Assembly (NCBI GenBank): GCA_050084515.1
Contig: CM114271.1
Span: forward strand, 5,580,001 to 5,644,000
Origin: Blasia pusilla
Taxonomy: Eukaryota
DNA length: 64,000 bases
Direction of reading: 5' to 3'
Shown here: positions 12,820-35,600 of the stretch, piece by piece
How positions within the stretch are numbered: the stretch's first letter is position 1
How the letters are laid out: every line of letters starts with the position of its first letter
The notes under the pieces: model-generated
The model's database searches: none
The model's input: only the letters and a program-made list of their open reading frames with translations
Told to the model about the DNA's origin: nothing
Position numbers and translations under genes: made by a program

Positions 12820-15640
12820 GACAGGTTTAATCGAGCAGATAAAAAAATCACTTACATATTTTAGGTCTTTTGGTCACCATTCCATCTCTATTGAAACTTT
12901 GCAGGAAGCTTAGATATACTTGAATTATCAAATGTCCAAAATTTTAGATCAAAATCAAATACTTGGATAAGATGAAAAATGGAATTACCCTCTTTCCTTA
13001 GAAGGTTTAATTGAGCAGGTCAAAAAACCACTTGCATATTTGGGGGCTTTTGGTCATAATTCCATTTTCATTGAAACTTTGGAAGAAGCTTAGATACACT
13101 TTGATAATCAAGTGTCCCAAATTTTAGATCAAGATGAAATACTTGGACAAGATGAAAAATGTAAGGACCCTCTTTTCTCATATGGTTTACTTACGTAGAT
13201 AACCAAAATCACTCATATATTTTTGGGCTTTTCATAACAACTACAAAAGCTTGAAAATTTGTAAATAGTTTATTTCTACCCAAATGATGAGGTCTCCAAA
13301 ATTTCAGATTAAGACCACATAGTTGAACAAGGTAAAAAATGGATGTATCCTATTTTGCTAGAAGGTTTAATGAAACAGATAAAGAAAGCACTTATATATA
13401 TATATTTGGCATTTTTTCGTAACTCCATTTTTCTTGGAAATTTGTAAGTAGCTTAGATACACTTGGATGATGAGGTCTCCCAAATTTAAGATAAAAACCA
13501 CATATTTCAACAAGGTGAAAAATGGACATATCCTCTTTTGCTAGAAGGTTTAGTGGAGCGAGTCCAAATATCACTTTTATGTTTTTGCGCATTTGGTCAG
13601 AACTCAATTTTCCTTAAAAATTTGTTGATAGCTTAGATAAAATTTGTTCGTAACTCCATTTTTCTTGGAAATTTGTAAGTAGCTTAGATACACTTGGATG
13701 ATGAGGTCTCCCAAATTTAAGATAAAAACCACATATTTCAACAAGGTGAAAAATGGACACATCCTCTTTTGCTAGAAGGTTTAGTGGAGCGAGTCCAAAA
13801 ATCACTTTTATGTTTTTGCGCATTTGGTCAGAACTCAATTTTCCTTAAAAATTTGTTGATGGCTTAGATAAAATTGAGTGATCAAGTTTCTTAAATTTCA
13901 GATCAAGAGGAAATACTTGGACAAGATGAAAAATTCACACACCTTCTTTCCTTGGAAGGTTTAATATATTGTGCAGACCAAAAAACGAAACATTTTTGGG
14001 GCTTTAAATCACAACTCCATTTTCCTTAAAACTTTGTAGGTAGCTTAGAAAAACTAAAATGATCAAGTATCCCAAATCTCATATAAAGGCCACATAGATG
14101 AAAGTTTAATATTTGAGTAGTCCAAAAATTAATTTTATATTTTTGGGCATTTGGTTGTAATTATATTTTCCTCAAAAATTTAGAGGTTTCAAATCAAGAT
14201 CAAATAGTTGGACAAAATGTACATACCCTTGTTCCTTACAAGGTTAAGTGTGCCTATCCAAAATTCACTCATATATTTTTCGGCTTTTAGTCATAACTTC
14301 ATTTTTCATTGAAACTTCTTAGGAAGCTTTAATTTTATGGAAGATCAAATGTGCCAAATTTTAAATCAAGATCAAATACTTAGATGAGATGAAAAATGGA
14401 TAGACCTTCTCCTTAGAAGGTTAAGTATGTGGCTCTTAAAACCATTTATATATATTTGGGCTTTAATTCACAATTCCATTTCATTGATATTTTGTAGTAA
14501 TGTTAGATACACTTGAATGATCAAATGTCCAAAATTACACATCAAGATCAAATACTTAGACAAGATTAAGAATGGATACATCCTCTTTCCTTAGAATGTT
14601 TAATTGCGCGAGTCCAGAAATCATTTACATATTTTTGGGATCTTCATCACAATTCCATTTTCCTTAAAAGTTTGTGGGTAGCTTGAATACACTTGGATGA
14701 TCAAGTTACCTAAATTTTAGATCAAAACCACATACATATTTGAATTAGATAAGAAAATGGACAGACGCTCTTTGTTGAGAAGGTTTAATTGTGCAAGTCC
14801 AAAAATCACTTATAGATTTTTGGGCAATTGGTCAAAATTTCATTTTTTTGGAAACTTTTTAGGTTGTTTAGTTACTTTGGAATGGTGAGTTGTCCCAAAT
14901 TTGACATTAAGATGATATTTATGAATAAGGTGAAAAATGGGCATAATCACTTTTGCTAGAAGGTTTAATCGCACAAATAAAAAAACCACTTATATATTTG
15001 TGGGATTTTGGTTATAACTCCATATTCCTTGAAATTTTTTATATAGCTTAGTTACATATTGATGAGATATCTCAAATTTCACAAGAGGATGAAATTTATG
15101 AAGAGGATGAAAAATGGACACACCCTCTTCCCTTAGATTGTTTAATCGCTTATAACGAAAACCACTTCGATCTATACTTTTGGGCTTTAGGTCAGAACTT
15201 CATTTTCCTTGAAAATTTGTAAATAGCTTAGTTACACTTGTATGATGAGATCTCCCAAATCTTAGATGAAGACCACACAATTGAACATGATGAAAAATGA
15301 TCACATCCTTTTTCTCTAGAAGGTTTAATGGAACATATCCAAAAATTAGATACATATTTTTGGTTATTTGTTCAGAATTTCTTTTTTCTTGAAAATTTGT
15401 AGACAGGTTAGAAAAAATTAGGTGATGAGAAGTTCCAAATTTTAGATCAAGTCCCACATTGTTGAGCATGATGAAAAAATGCATCCACCCTCTTTTGCTA
15501 GAAGATTTAATTGAGTGAGTCAAAAAATTACTTATAAATTTTTGGGCATTTGGTCATGAGTCAATTTTCCTGAAGAAATTTTAGATAGCTTAAATACACT
15601 TGGATGATGAGTTTGCCCAAATTTTAGATTAAGATCACAT
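12820..15640. repeat. Diverged ~180-bp satellite/tandem array (about 15 monomers) with a recent 231-bp internal duplication
   Basis: The motif agaaggtttaat...aaaatcactt...tagatacacttg...aaaatgga recurs at 12821, 13001, 13181, 13361, 13543 etc. Near-identical 231-bp copies start at ~13417 and ~13648, which produces the duplicate ORFs 13392-13607 and 13614-13838. Confidence 0.85.
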
Positions 15641-17134
15641 ATATAGTTTATTGGAACGTTATTAACCTTTTCATTCACATTCATAGAATCCCTTCTAAAT
15701 TAATAGTTTTGCATAATTCTATTATTTCATATGCGGAGTCATGATTAAGACAATATTTTAATTAATTAATCATCTAGTTGTGCAAATCAACATTGTATCG
15801 TTTCTTTCATTGGTGTATTTTAATTTTCTGAATCATGGGCATTCCTCCCATCCCACGTGTCCCTCCCCACAGCAGCAAACTTTATGGCTCGTCTGGAACC
15901 GGTCGACAAATTTTAGAGGTTTATGATACGAGACCCTATCTCCTCTCTATCCACCTTCTCGAAATGCGTTATATGCGTATGGACTTTTCTTTTTCTACAA
16001 GATTGAGCATATAACATCCATACTAGTTTTTCAGTAACATTTCATGGTTAGATGAGATCATGAAAGACAAAATAGAGTGTAAAAACTTATGGCCGAATCA
16101 CTTTCAAAATTTTGATCATTTACATGGACTAAGAGATTTTTTAAAGCATTTATTAATTATATATGATAATATATATTAATGTACTCAAGTTTAAATTACT
16201 TTCCAAAATGATATAATACTCCCCATATTATAACTACCAGTTTTAACTATTTTGAATTTGAACTACTCTTATAAGATTGCTTTGGTTTAGTGTGAAATAT
16301 TAAAAAAGGAGCAGAATTCGAAAAAATAAAAGGCATCCTCCAATAATAAAAAAAAATACTAAATTCTTTTTCAATTCTTTTTTTTCCATATGGATTTTCT
16401 TTTATCGGCTTTTTATCCAAGTAGACAGGAATGAATGAGGGGAAGTCCCATGTATTTCAAAATAACACGTGATAGTAGACGGTCCCGTACCGGCGCTTGA
16501 AGCTTGGGATGTGAAAGAAACTATGGAATTAATTGTAAGCTGTCGGAGGTACGGAGGATCATTTCCCGAGACGTACGAACCCTTTCTGTTTCATTTTATA
16601 ATACGAACTCTCGCAAGCGATGAAAAATACAAGCCCATCTCTCGGACAGCCAGACCGGTCTCGGATAGTCGGCATTTCGAATTTCACGCGCTGTTTGTGA
16701 GTAGGTTCCCGTCGATGGAGGTAGCTGAGTTGATGGTGAGGCCGGGAGCAGAACCAATGTTGGAGATTGGAGACTTATATTGATCGAATGTGACATGGAT
16801 TCTCTTCATCCATTAGGAACGCTACTCTTCTTGTGAGTGGTAACGCTGCCCTTCACTTGATTTTTTACGACGATGATGTTTACTGTCACTAACCAACACA
16901 CCGCCAGCCATCTCTTCTTAGGTGCTCATGCCTGCCTCGTTCAGATGTCGCACTTGCTCCCGATGAGAGATCTGTAGATGCACTTTCTGTGTGGTTTGAT
17001 GAGTGTTCAGTGTTGACGTTGAAGGTGGTGTTTGCCGTGTAGCGACGAAAGTACTGTATTCGTCTGTCTTGTTGTTGACTGCTGGATTCTGTTTGAGCTC
17101 GTCTGAGCTGGATGTTCCTCGGAGCTCGCGCGTT

Positions 17135-26685
<9,551 letters not shown>

Positions 26686-28226
26686 CGATGGACTCCTCCA
26701 GATCTCGCACTGCCACTCGACGGATTCCAAATTCTTCGCTGAAATGGATTCAAAAGTATTCTAGGTCCTGGATTGAAACCTTCGATCCTTGCATCCACTC
26801 AACATTAATCAGTCGAGTCCTTCGTCTGATTCTTCGTCACTCGATGGCAAACGAACGTAGAGACTTGCCGTCTCTTCGATCGACATTGCCGGACCTTGAG
26901 ACTCACGTGCTGTGGCGACGTGCCCCGCGCGAGTTCACTTCGATCTTCACTTGTGACCACCGTTTTCCATCGCTCAACAACGTTCATCTCCAGTAAAAAT
27001 GGGATCCGCACATCCGGCGATTGCCCCGCAACAACTGTAGATTCTTACACGGGGCGGTGATTGAAGACTAGAGGATTGCAAACGTCCTCGACTCCTCGGA
27101 ACCGGCGGAACGGGGGAGTTCTGTCTAATGCGCCGCCATGACGAAAACTCGTTCAGCGTTCAGGAAGGACGTCGTCACGCGTACGGCAGTGCAAGGAAGC
27201 AGAACATCCCATGCGCGCGCGCCTCACACCCTCTTACAAGTCGCCAAAGTAAACAAAGATGCACTTCGGTGAAAACGAGTGATGGAAAACCCATCGGAAG
27301 TACAAAAGAGGGGGACTCAAAAAGAGGGGGACTCAAAGAGTCAAAACCTGAAGGCCACAACACGACCAGAAAAGGAAGAAGGGGGCATTCCCCCTAACGA
27401 CGAAACTCACCAACAGCAGAGACAATATCACCAAAATTAAGGTTTGACTTGCGAAGCCGGTCGTCCGCTTTGTCCCGACGCTCAATAGGCTCTGATCCGA
27501 CCTCTCACCGGCTGGCATTACAACGAGTGCCGGTTCCAGCGCACGTAGTCAGTGCGAAGATCCGTGACTAGGGTTCCGTAACCTGGTTCTCCCCGGACAC
27601 GTCGGCTTTTATCTGCATCCATGGATCTGATTAGCTGCAGTTTATCGGCGGATTTCGCCCCCCGCTTTGCAAAAGCGCAACTTAATCGGCCCAAAACTCC
27701 AGATTAGCAAGGTCGCCGTCAAAATTTTAAAACTCTTTCGATCCCTATGTAGGTGTCCCTGTCAGCCGTATCCCATGGCCTTAGAGGGAGGGACTCCTCC
27801 TACATATGCACCCAGCGGGCGGGTCCAAAAAGCTTTTGTTAAGAATTGATGGCTACGAGTTTAGGTTACCACTAGTGGCAGCACATCCACATGGCAGAAT
27901 TAAGGATATTGCACACAGTGTTTTTTCATGCCGGTTGAGCAAAATATTTTCTTGTTGTGACATAAAAAAAAACGTTTGCAAATTAAAAAGCACTTTCCAA
28001 TCCGATAGTGGGCTGGCAAGAGATTAATAATATTGCCCATTAAGAGAAAATATTTTCTTGTTGTAAGGGCACTAGGTACCTTCCTCAACACAAAATAAAA
28101 GTTAAAATGGGTTACTTCCGAACACGATTTCCCTGGGTCGTAGAACTAATTTCCGTGCTCAAAGCACCCTAAGGGCTGCCTCAAACTCAAAACTAGACTC
28201 CCAACCATTTCTTTGGCGTACTAGTT

Positions 28227-28712
28227 ACGTAAATCACAAGTATGTCACCTTGGGAAATCGTAAACCCTCTATAAGAATAAAATAGGATAACATCCACACG
28301 CGGGGACCTGAGGTATGTTTTATGTCACAAGACGCAAGCTTGCCACCACCCATGCGTTAGTGATCAATGCATATATGAACATAAATATGGAGCGACCGAA
28401 GGCTATGCGTTGAAATTATGGCATGGATGAGATTCCTATCATGTGGATGGGGGGAGGGGATTGAATTAAACCATCATAGGAGAGGATATTTTCTTATGTT
28501 TCTATTTTGTATTAGATTTCAAACATTGAAAGAGAGGGGAATTTAAGAAAATATCCTCTCCTATGATATTTATTCACCGACCCTGCGTATGTGACATGAA
28601 ACATGTGTAAACCAGTCTTATAGAGGGTCTACGATTTTCCAAGGTGTCATACTTGTGATTAGTGTTATAAAGGGATTACGATTTTCCAAGGTGGCACACT
28701 TGTGATTTACGT
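28227..28712. mobile_element. MITE/foldback-like element upstream of the ABCC gene
   Basis: The left arm acgtaaatcacaagtatgtcaccttgggaaatcgt is inverted at 28678-28712 and again at ~28615-28660. There is also an inner inverted repeat, cataggagaggatattttctta / taagaaaatatcctctcctatg. Confidence 0.65.
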
Positions 28713-30328
28713 CCCTGTTGAGTTGGGATTGTTAAGAGATCAGAATTACAAATACATGAATGTTTCATCCCTAGTCTTTGGATCATCTTCAAGCTCACCG
28801 CATGCATTTTCTGAATAGGACTCCTAAGGTAACATGCATGTTTGCTCAGGCCGAAATCCGAGTTAAGAGAATTTGCCACAATGCCATTTGTATTCTAACC
28901 TACAGGCCATAGCAAGTAGGAATGTTGCATAAGAATCTTATTGAAATAACAAACACACCTACTAGTATGAACACCAAGATCAATCATGCTATGCTTCCCT
29001 CATGAGTTTCATTTTATTTCAAGTCCATGTAATAGTGGGCATCTAGCACACCACTCCCATCATATACTATATATTCCATGCTCTCTATTACATTATGCGG
29101 CCCTTTGAGGTCTTTTGGTTCTTATTTAAATGGATGTTTTCTTTATTCTTCGTAGGAAAGAAAAAAAAAGGGGTTAGAAGGGTTGTATTTAAAATCACAC
29201 AAGTGGAATAAAGGGGAGTCACACAAAAGAATAACTAGCTCACACGGATCGATATCACTTGTGACTTCTCATGGAAAAATGTACTTCTCAAGACGAAGGC
29301 CGAATCAGTGGTGGATAAGAAAACACACGAATCGAAATGATGAGATTACCTCTATATAGTACCTATGATCTCTTTTAGGGTTCCTTCCAAAGTTGAAGTC
29401 TACAAAACCCTCCTCATTGTTGTATTCCTTGTTGCACAAATATCTCAAAATTTATTCTAGCTTGTTTTCTATAGTCACTAATCCTTTACTATGACCAAAA
29501 TCCTCCCAATTTCTCCATGGGTTCACTCTTAAACTTACCAAGGTTGTAAAAATGATGGAAAATGTTTTCTTTTGGACACACCCCTATCATACCATTTGCT
29601 AAATTTGCTTGCTAGATTGAATTTTGCAAATGGTGTGACGAGTTTATGCCTTTGAGGGTGAATCCTAAGGCTACAATTTCAATCAACTAGTTGGTGCCTG
29701 TGCACGACACGAGTGAAGGAATCCCTCCTTCGTTGCATTCATTGCTAGTTAGATGAATTTAAGCTATTAGAAAGGACATGTATCATAACCAGAGGCCATC
29801 CAAAAAGACATGTGTCAAATAGGGAGATGTTTTTTTATCGAGACCATTGTTGCTAGTAATATTATAGATGGCTTGGATTTAATTCTTCGAGGATATTTGA
29901 GATGCAATCACCTTCCCCAACCTACATTTACCTACCCTAAGCTTCCACTGTTCCACATACCATCCTACCCGCACTTGGGGTCTAGTATTTGATTTGATGA
30001 AGGACTTGGGATTTCAACCCTTAAATTCCTATGAAATCGACCCTAAACCCATTCAACGCTTCATCCATCCCCCTTTTTTATTTCCATCTTGTTCACTTAT
30101 GGAGCACTAATTCAATTTTGACAAGTGAGATTTTCCATGTGGCAGAAAAGATCTTAATAGTTCACTTTATCCAACACTTTCTCATTCCAAATGCTAAGAA
30201 AGTTTAAGTCTATTCAATGGTACTTTAAGATTTTATCTCCACATCAAATTTTTTTACAAGATATGGTGCTTTGAAGAAAAGATCAATCTTGTAATATAGG
30301 CTTGACGATATAATTTCACATTCTTGAA

Positions 30329-31431
30329 TGTCACGATCCTCATAACCAAACAAGCGCCAATGCAAAACATCAAGACTCTTGTAGGCTTACTTGAGGATGG
30401 ATGTGCATCGAAGAAGTCTCTTGAAGAAGACAAGAGATGTGATACGCAAGCAAGATTGAGCGTTTCATATGTTAGCCGTTGCAACTCAGAGAACCTAGAC
30501 CAAACGCGGACCAAGACTTGAGAAGAGTCAAGTCTAGAAGAGTGGGTTGCAAACAAGGTTGCACGGAAACGGACAAGTCCGTCCATGGGACTGACATGTC
30601 CAGACATGACCACAGACATTCAACACCGGGCGCGAGCACGGGTTTTTGTGGCGCCCAAATCGACCGCGCAGGCTCCATTTGCGGGCCACCGGTGGGGGCT
30701 CCGATGAAGGGTACGGGCCATGGTGTGGGCATAGGTCGCGACGGGGGCTGCAAGCAAGCGCGACGTGTGGGCTAGGGTGCGGGCGTTGAAGCCCACGTCC
30801 GGGCTGCTTGCGGGCCTTGGAGCCCGCATGTGGGCTCCTAGGCCCGCATGCAGCCTAGGAGCCTGCTTCAGGGCCCGCGGGCTTCAGGGCCCGCGTCCAG
30901 GCTACTTGCGGGCCGCCAAGCCCGCGCGTGGGCTCGTTGCGGGCTAGGGTGCAGGCCCTGAAGCCCGCGTCCGGGCTGCTTGTGGGCTGGCTGCGGGCCT
31001 TGGAGCCCACCTACGGGCTAGGTCACGTGCTCATTGCTGACCTTGAAGTGCGCATTCAGGATGATAACGGGCCCTTTGTAGGCCTAGTAGCTCGCATGTG
31101 GTCTAGGGTGCAGGCCCTAAAACCCCGCCTGCATGCACGCTAGGGCGCGGGCTTGCATGCAGGCCGTCAAGCTTGCGTACGGGATCGTTGCGAGCTTTGG
31201 AGCCCGCTTGCGGGCTATGTCACGGGCCATCGATCCCTTGCACAGGCTCATTGCGGGCTGGGGTGCGCGCTCCGACACGGGCTTGTATGCGGATCGCCAA
31301 GCCCACAAGTGCGGGCTAGTTGCGGGCCTTGGAGCCCACATAGAGTCTGTGCCCTCCAAGGCTCTCGAAGAAGAGCAACAACGGAGGACTTCAAGAGAAG
31401 CCAATCTGCCCAGCACTTCTCCTAACACGAC
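30329..31431 (+). mobile_element. Solo or truncated LTR related to the chromovirus LTR family, with a GC-rich internal tandem region
   Basis: Starts tgtcacgatcctcataaccaaacaa and shares acctagaccaaacgcg..gacttgaga..gagt with the LTR at 48545. GC-rich repeats (gggctagggtgcaggccc..aagcccgcgtccgggctgcttg) span 30770-31340. It ends near aacacgac; no TSD was seen. Confidence 0.55.
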
Positions 31432-31914
31432 CTACGATCCTCACATTGTTGCACCAGTAGGAGTTTAGAATCATTCCACCGAGTCTAGTGAACCTTTGCG
31501 GGATACTCCTCTCCAATCTTTGAGTGCTGAAACGGTGGACTTAGTTGATGAGCCTACTGATAATGATGTTCTCACCCCTATGGTTCCAAACTCTCAACCC
31601 ATCAATCATGGCATGGATAGTTCATACATATCCTCCGATGATGAAACAACTGCAATAGGAACTTGTGGCGGATCCACCTGACTTCGAACTATTGAGCCGC
31701 CAAATTACCGCTTACATCTTAATCCGCCGGACCCAACCATAGACCTAGACTAGAAGAGTAATTACAAAATTTAGTGAGACGGATTAGTAGTTAGTTGTAG
31801 CAAACTTGTTTTGTATTGACTATTTTAAGAATGTCATTTTTATGACATTCCTTTTTGTATACTTCTTGCAAATAAAGCATTTATTTTTACATTGAAGGTG
31901 AAATTGGTAAGTGT

Positions 31915-32608
31915 GATTTTTGAGCTCGTGGTCACAACTCCATTTTGCTCAAAACCTTGCCAGAGTGCTACAAACGCAACTTGGGAAAGTTTGACATGAT
32001 GAAAAATGAAAAAACCTTCTTTCCATTAGTGGTTCGGGGCCAAAAGGTACTTACATATTTTGAGGTTTTCCTCACATCTCCATTTTGGTTGAAACTTGGC
32101 AAGAGTGGAACATGCACCTTGGAAATCATGTAGAAAAACTTTCAGCTCAAGATGGGAAAGTTAGACAAGGTGACAAATGAAAAAACCTTATTTTGATAGA
32201 AGGTCTGATGGTTCAGGTCCAAAAAGGAGTTAGAAAGTTTTGAGCTTTTGGCCATGACTTTATTTTGCCTAAAACTTGGCAAGAGTGCTAGGATCACCAT
32301 AGAGACCATGTTGGCTAAATTGCAGCTCAAGATGACAAAGTTGGACCAGCTGAAAAATGGAAAAACCTTATTTTGATAGAAGGTCTAATAATTCGGGTCC
32401 AAAAAGGAGTTAGTAATTTTTTAGCTTTTGCTCACAAGTTTATTTTGCCTGAAACTTGGCAAGAGTGCTAGATGCACATGTTGACCATGTCGTACAAATT
32501 TCAGTTCAAGATAAAAATTTGGACAAGATGAAAAATGAAAAAACCTTATTTTGGTAGAAGGTCTAATGGGTCGGGTCCAAAAAGAAGTTAGAAATTTTTG
32601 AGCTTTTA
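31915..32608. repeat. ~179-bp satellite monomers (about 4), same family and orientation as 12820-15640, cut at 32609 by a retroelement
   Basis: aaaaccttattttgatagaaggtct...ggtccaaaaaggagttag...aaacttggcaagagtgcta recurs with a ~179-bp period (gaaggtct at ~32200, ~32379, ~32558). Confidence 0.8.
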
Positions 32609-35600
32609 TGTCACGTCCTTTAGGATAGATCGGTGAGATCTAGTAGAGCTCCTTTGTGAGTAGTGGAGGACAGGCTCAGTAGGTCGAGGATGACCTGATG
32701 AGGCCCCGAAAGACCTGAGAGAGCAGGTTTCTCCTTCGTTGCGGCTCATTTGGAGCCATATTGAGGAACTTGCTATTTTAAGTAAGTACCATTTTGAGTA
32801 TATGATCGAATTGATATTTTTGATAAGTGGCCCTTGACCTCCTACATCAAGTCAAGATCCAAGGAGATGACTTGGGAGCATAGGTTGCCATGGAGAGAGC
32901 TTGGGAGAGGGGAGGGGTATACCTCAAGGAGAGAGAGCTTGAGAGTTCATTCTCTCTTTGTTGAACCTCTTGGCACGAGGCGCCAGAGTTATGGTCCCTT
33001 GCCTTGTGAGTGTAACCCAAACCTCTTATTAGGAGAGTGGGTTTGGTTTGACATTGAGAGAGACATGTGAGAGTGCACACATTTGAGAGCTATGGTGTTG
33101 AGAGAGATTGGATCTTATTTTACAAAGAGAGAATGAGTGATTGAGAGAGCTTCATGGGGGAGCTCGCTGGTCACTCGCTGGTTTTGCAGGTTGGGGATCA
33201 TATTCCCCATTCAGCGATTCATGGAAGTGCTCGCCGGAGCAAGAGCCGCTTACTTGTGATGTTTCCTTTGTGCAATTTTTCGTGTGGAAGAGTGGCGCGC
33301 GGAAGCGCTGCCCAATTTTTGATAGGGATTGAGTATGGGGATGGATTGCTCCATGCCGATGCTCTCGGGAGCACCATGTAGCTTGCTGATTTGTGTTCTC
33401 ACAAGTTTTACATTTGCGTTGGGAGAAATGAGTGCGGAAGCGCTACCAAATTTTGTGTAGGAGAAAAAGACGTTGGGTTTTACAATAGTCCTTGTCAATT
33501 TTATTGGAATGTCTGATTCCAAATATTTTTTGACGCTGTTGTAGACCGTGAAGTTGTGCATGCTGTGCAACAAATACTACACAATTTGGATTTGTGAGAA
33601 AAAAAGTTATGGTCAATCTTGCAAAAGTGCCACTATTAGGCGATTTTTAGGGTTAAATTATTCAAACCCTAAACCAGCCGATGCACCAACGGCGGCTATC
33701 GCCATCATAGTCACCGTCAACAGTTTGCCATCAACGGTCAATCATCACCATCGATGGTCGACCGTCATCATCAATGGTCAACCGCCCATCGTTGGCTGCT
33801 GCCGTTGCCTAGCGCTGCTCAGAGCCGCGTTCGGTCGTTGTCCGCCCTTTGGTTGCCATTTCCGCCATGATGGAGTGGAGGGTCTTCCACGACCACCGTT
33901 GATTCTCTGTCTTGCATCGCCACCATGTACTTTGGTTTGGCTGCCACCATCATCACAGTTTTGTCATCAACTAGTGATGGCAGGTGACATCGGGTTATGG
34001 TGTTTGAGTTTTCATTTCATGTTGTTATGTTGTGATTGGTAGCCACAATGCACCGTCGATTGTCACGCCGTGCCGCTTGTGGCCGCACCGCATTGTCTGA
34101 ATCGCAGAGACGCTCCTTCACTAAGGAGTAGAGCGTGTGAATTTCTGATTGAGGAGGATATGCTGTCGAGTGTCGCACCCCATTTCCGAGTGCCGTGTCG
34201 TTTATAGGCGTTCCGTGCTGCCAGTGCCGCACCGGACCGCTCAACCTGCATCACACATCGAGGAGGTTTGAGCAACGTCAATACGAGGGGAGTACGACTT
34301 GCTGATTGGAGGAGTTGTCTTCACGATTGAGTTAGGGTTGAGATTTGCAGTTAGCGAGGAGTGACATCGACATTATTTTCAGGTTATCCATTCTGGTCTC
34401 TTACCCTGCACGTGGGAGAGATTTCCGGATATTGGGAAGTTATTTGAGATATTTTTTAGGATGCTGATGCTGAGAGCATCAATGATGTATGGGTTTAGGG
34501 GACATAGACCTGTGTGGGATGTCCAGAGTTGAGGATGGTTTGTCGATGAGACAATAAATCAGTTGATTTGCGGGACCGCGCCGCTTGTTGCCGCACAACA
34601 CATGGCTCAATGAGAGAGTGTAGATTGAGTGCCGCATATTTAGTTTTAGTGATTGAGGGATTACTTGCAAGATTGAGAGTGATCGTGTGAGAGGGGCACA
34701 AGGGCCATCACGGCGTCCTTTCGGGATTTTGAGAGACGAGGTAGTGGACCTGAGAGTAGCTATAGAGGGTTTACTTGGAGTGGTACGAGGTTTCGAGGGT
34801 CTCCACGTGAGAGACCACCTCGATCTCCTTCTGTGTCGTCTTCAAACGAGGGGGAGTATGTAGAGGAGTGTGTTAGTGATACACCATACATATTGAGTGG
34901 TCCTACCAGTTGGGCGTACGAGATGAACGACTGGGGTAGAGGACCGCTTAGGTTTTCGGGTGTTGTAGGCACTATAGAGCTACACGACTTCATTGCGGAG
35001 TTTAGGAGTTGATAAGACTCACAACGGGCTAAGAACTCTAGAGAGTTCAACCCGTTTACAGCATGGAACGGTATGTTCCAGCATTTAGAGGGAGTGCCCA
35101 TGGACGATTATCATGAGTTCTCCCACAGATATGCCCAGGAGATTGAGGCATTTCGACTCTATTATGACCCACACTATGTGTCATGGATGGAGCCGTTCCC
35201 AGATGAGGAGGAGGAGTCAAGAGAGGCTACTTCCTCTTCCACTAGTGATGTTTTAGGAGGGGTCACTCGTAGTGGAGCAGTTGCACTATCTAGTAGGTTC
35301 ATCTTAGGTTCATCCTCGTGGTTGAGTTCTTCGCTGAGTTGAGGGCAAGCTACCAAGGGGTACGGATGGAGAAGTTGCGTAGCATCCACGACTTCCAGAG
35401 GCACCCGGGTGAGAGTTTGGGTGAGGCTTACACTCGCTTGCGCCGGTTGATCAACATCACTTAGGGGGTGATGGAGGCTCAGGCTATCCAATCATGGTAC
35501 GCGATGCTGGACCCTGCGGATAGGGGTACGGGAGAGGGTGCTTCTTATGAACACCTTCCCTACGTTGAGAGATGTTTTTAAGACCGCCGAGAACATTGAG

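Noticed and set aside
13392-13838. Two near-identical ~72-aa ORFs suggesting a small duplicated gene
   Set aside because: They are chance ORFs in a 231-bp duplication within the satellite array.
30472-31468. Many overlapping GC-rich ORFs
   Set aside because: They arise from GC-rich tandem repeats inside an LTR and show no recognisable domains.
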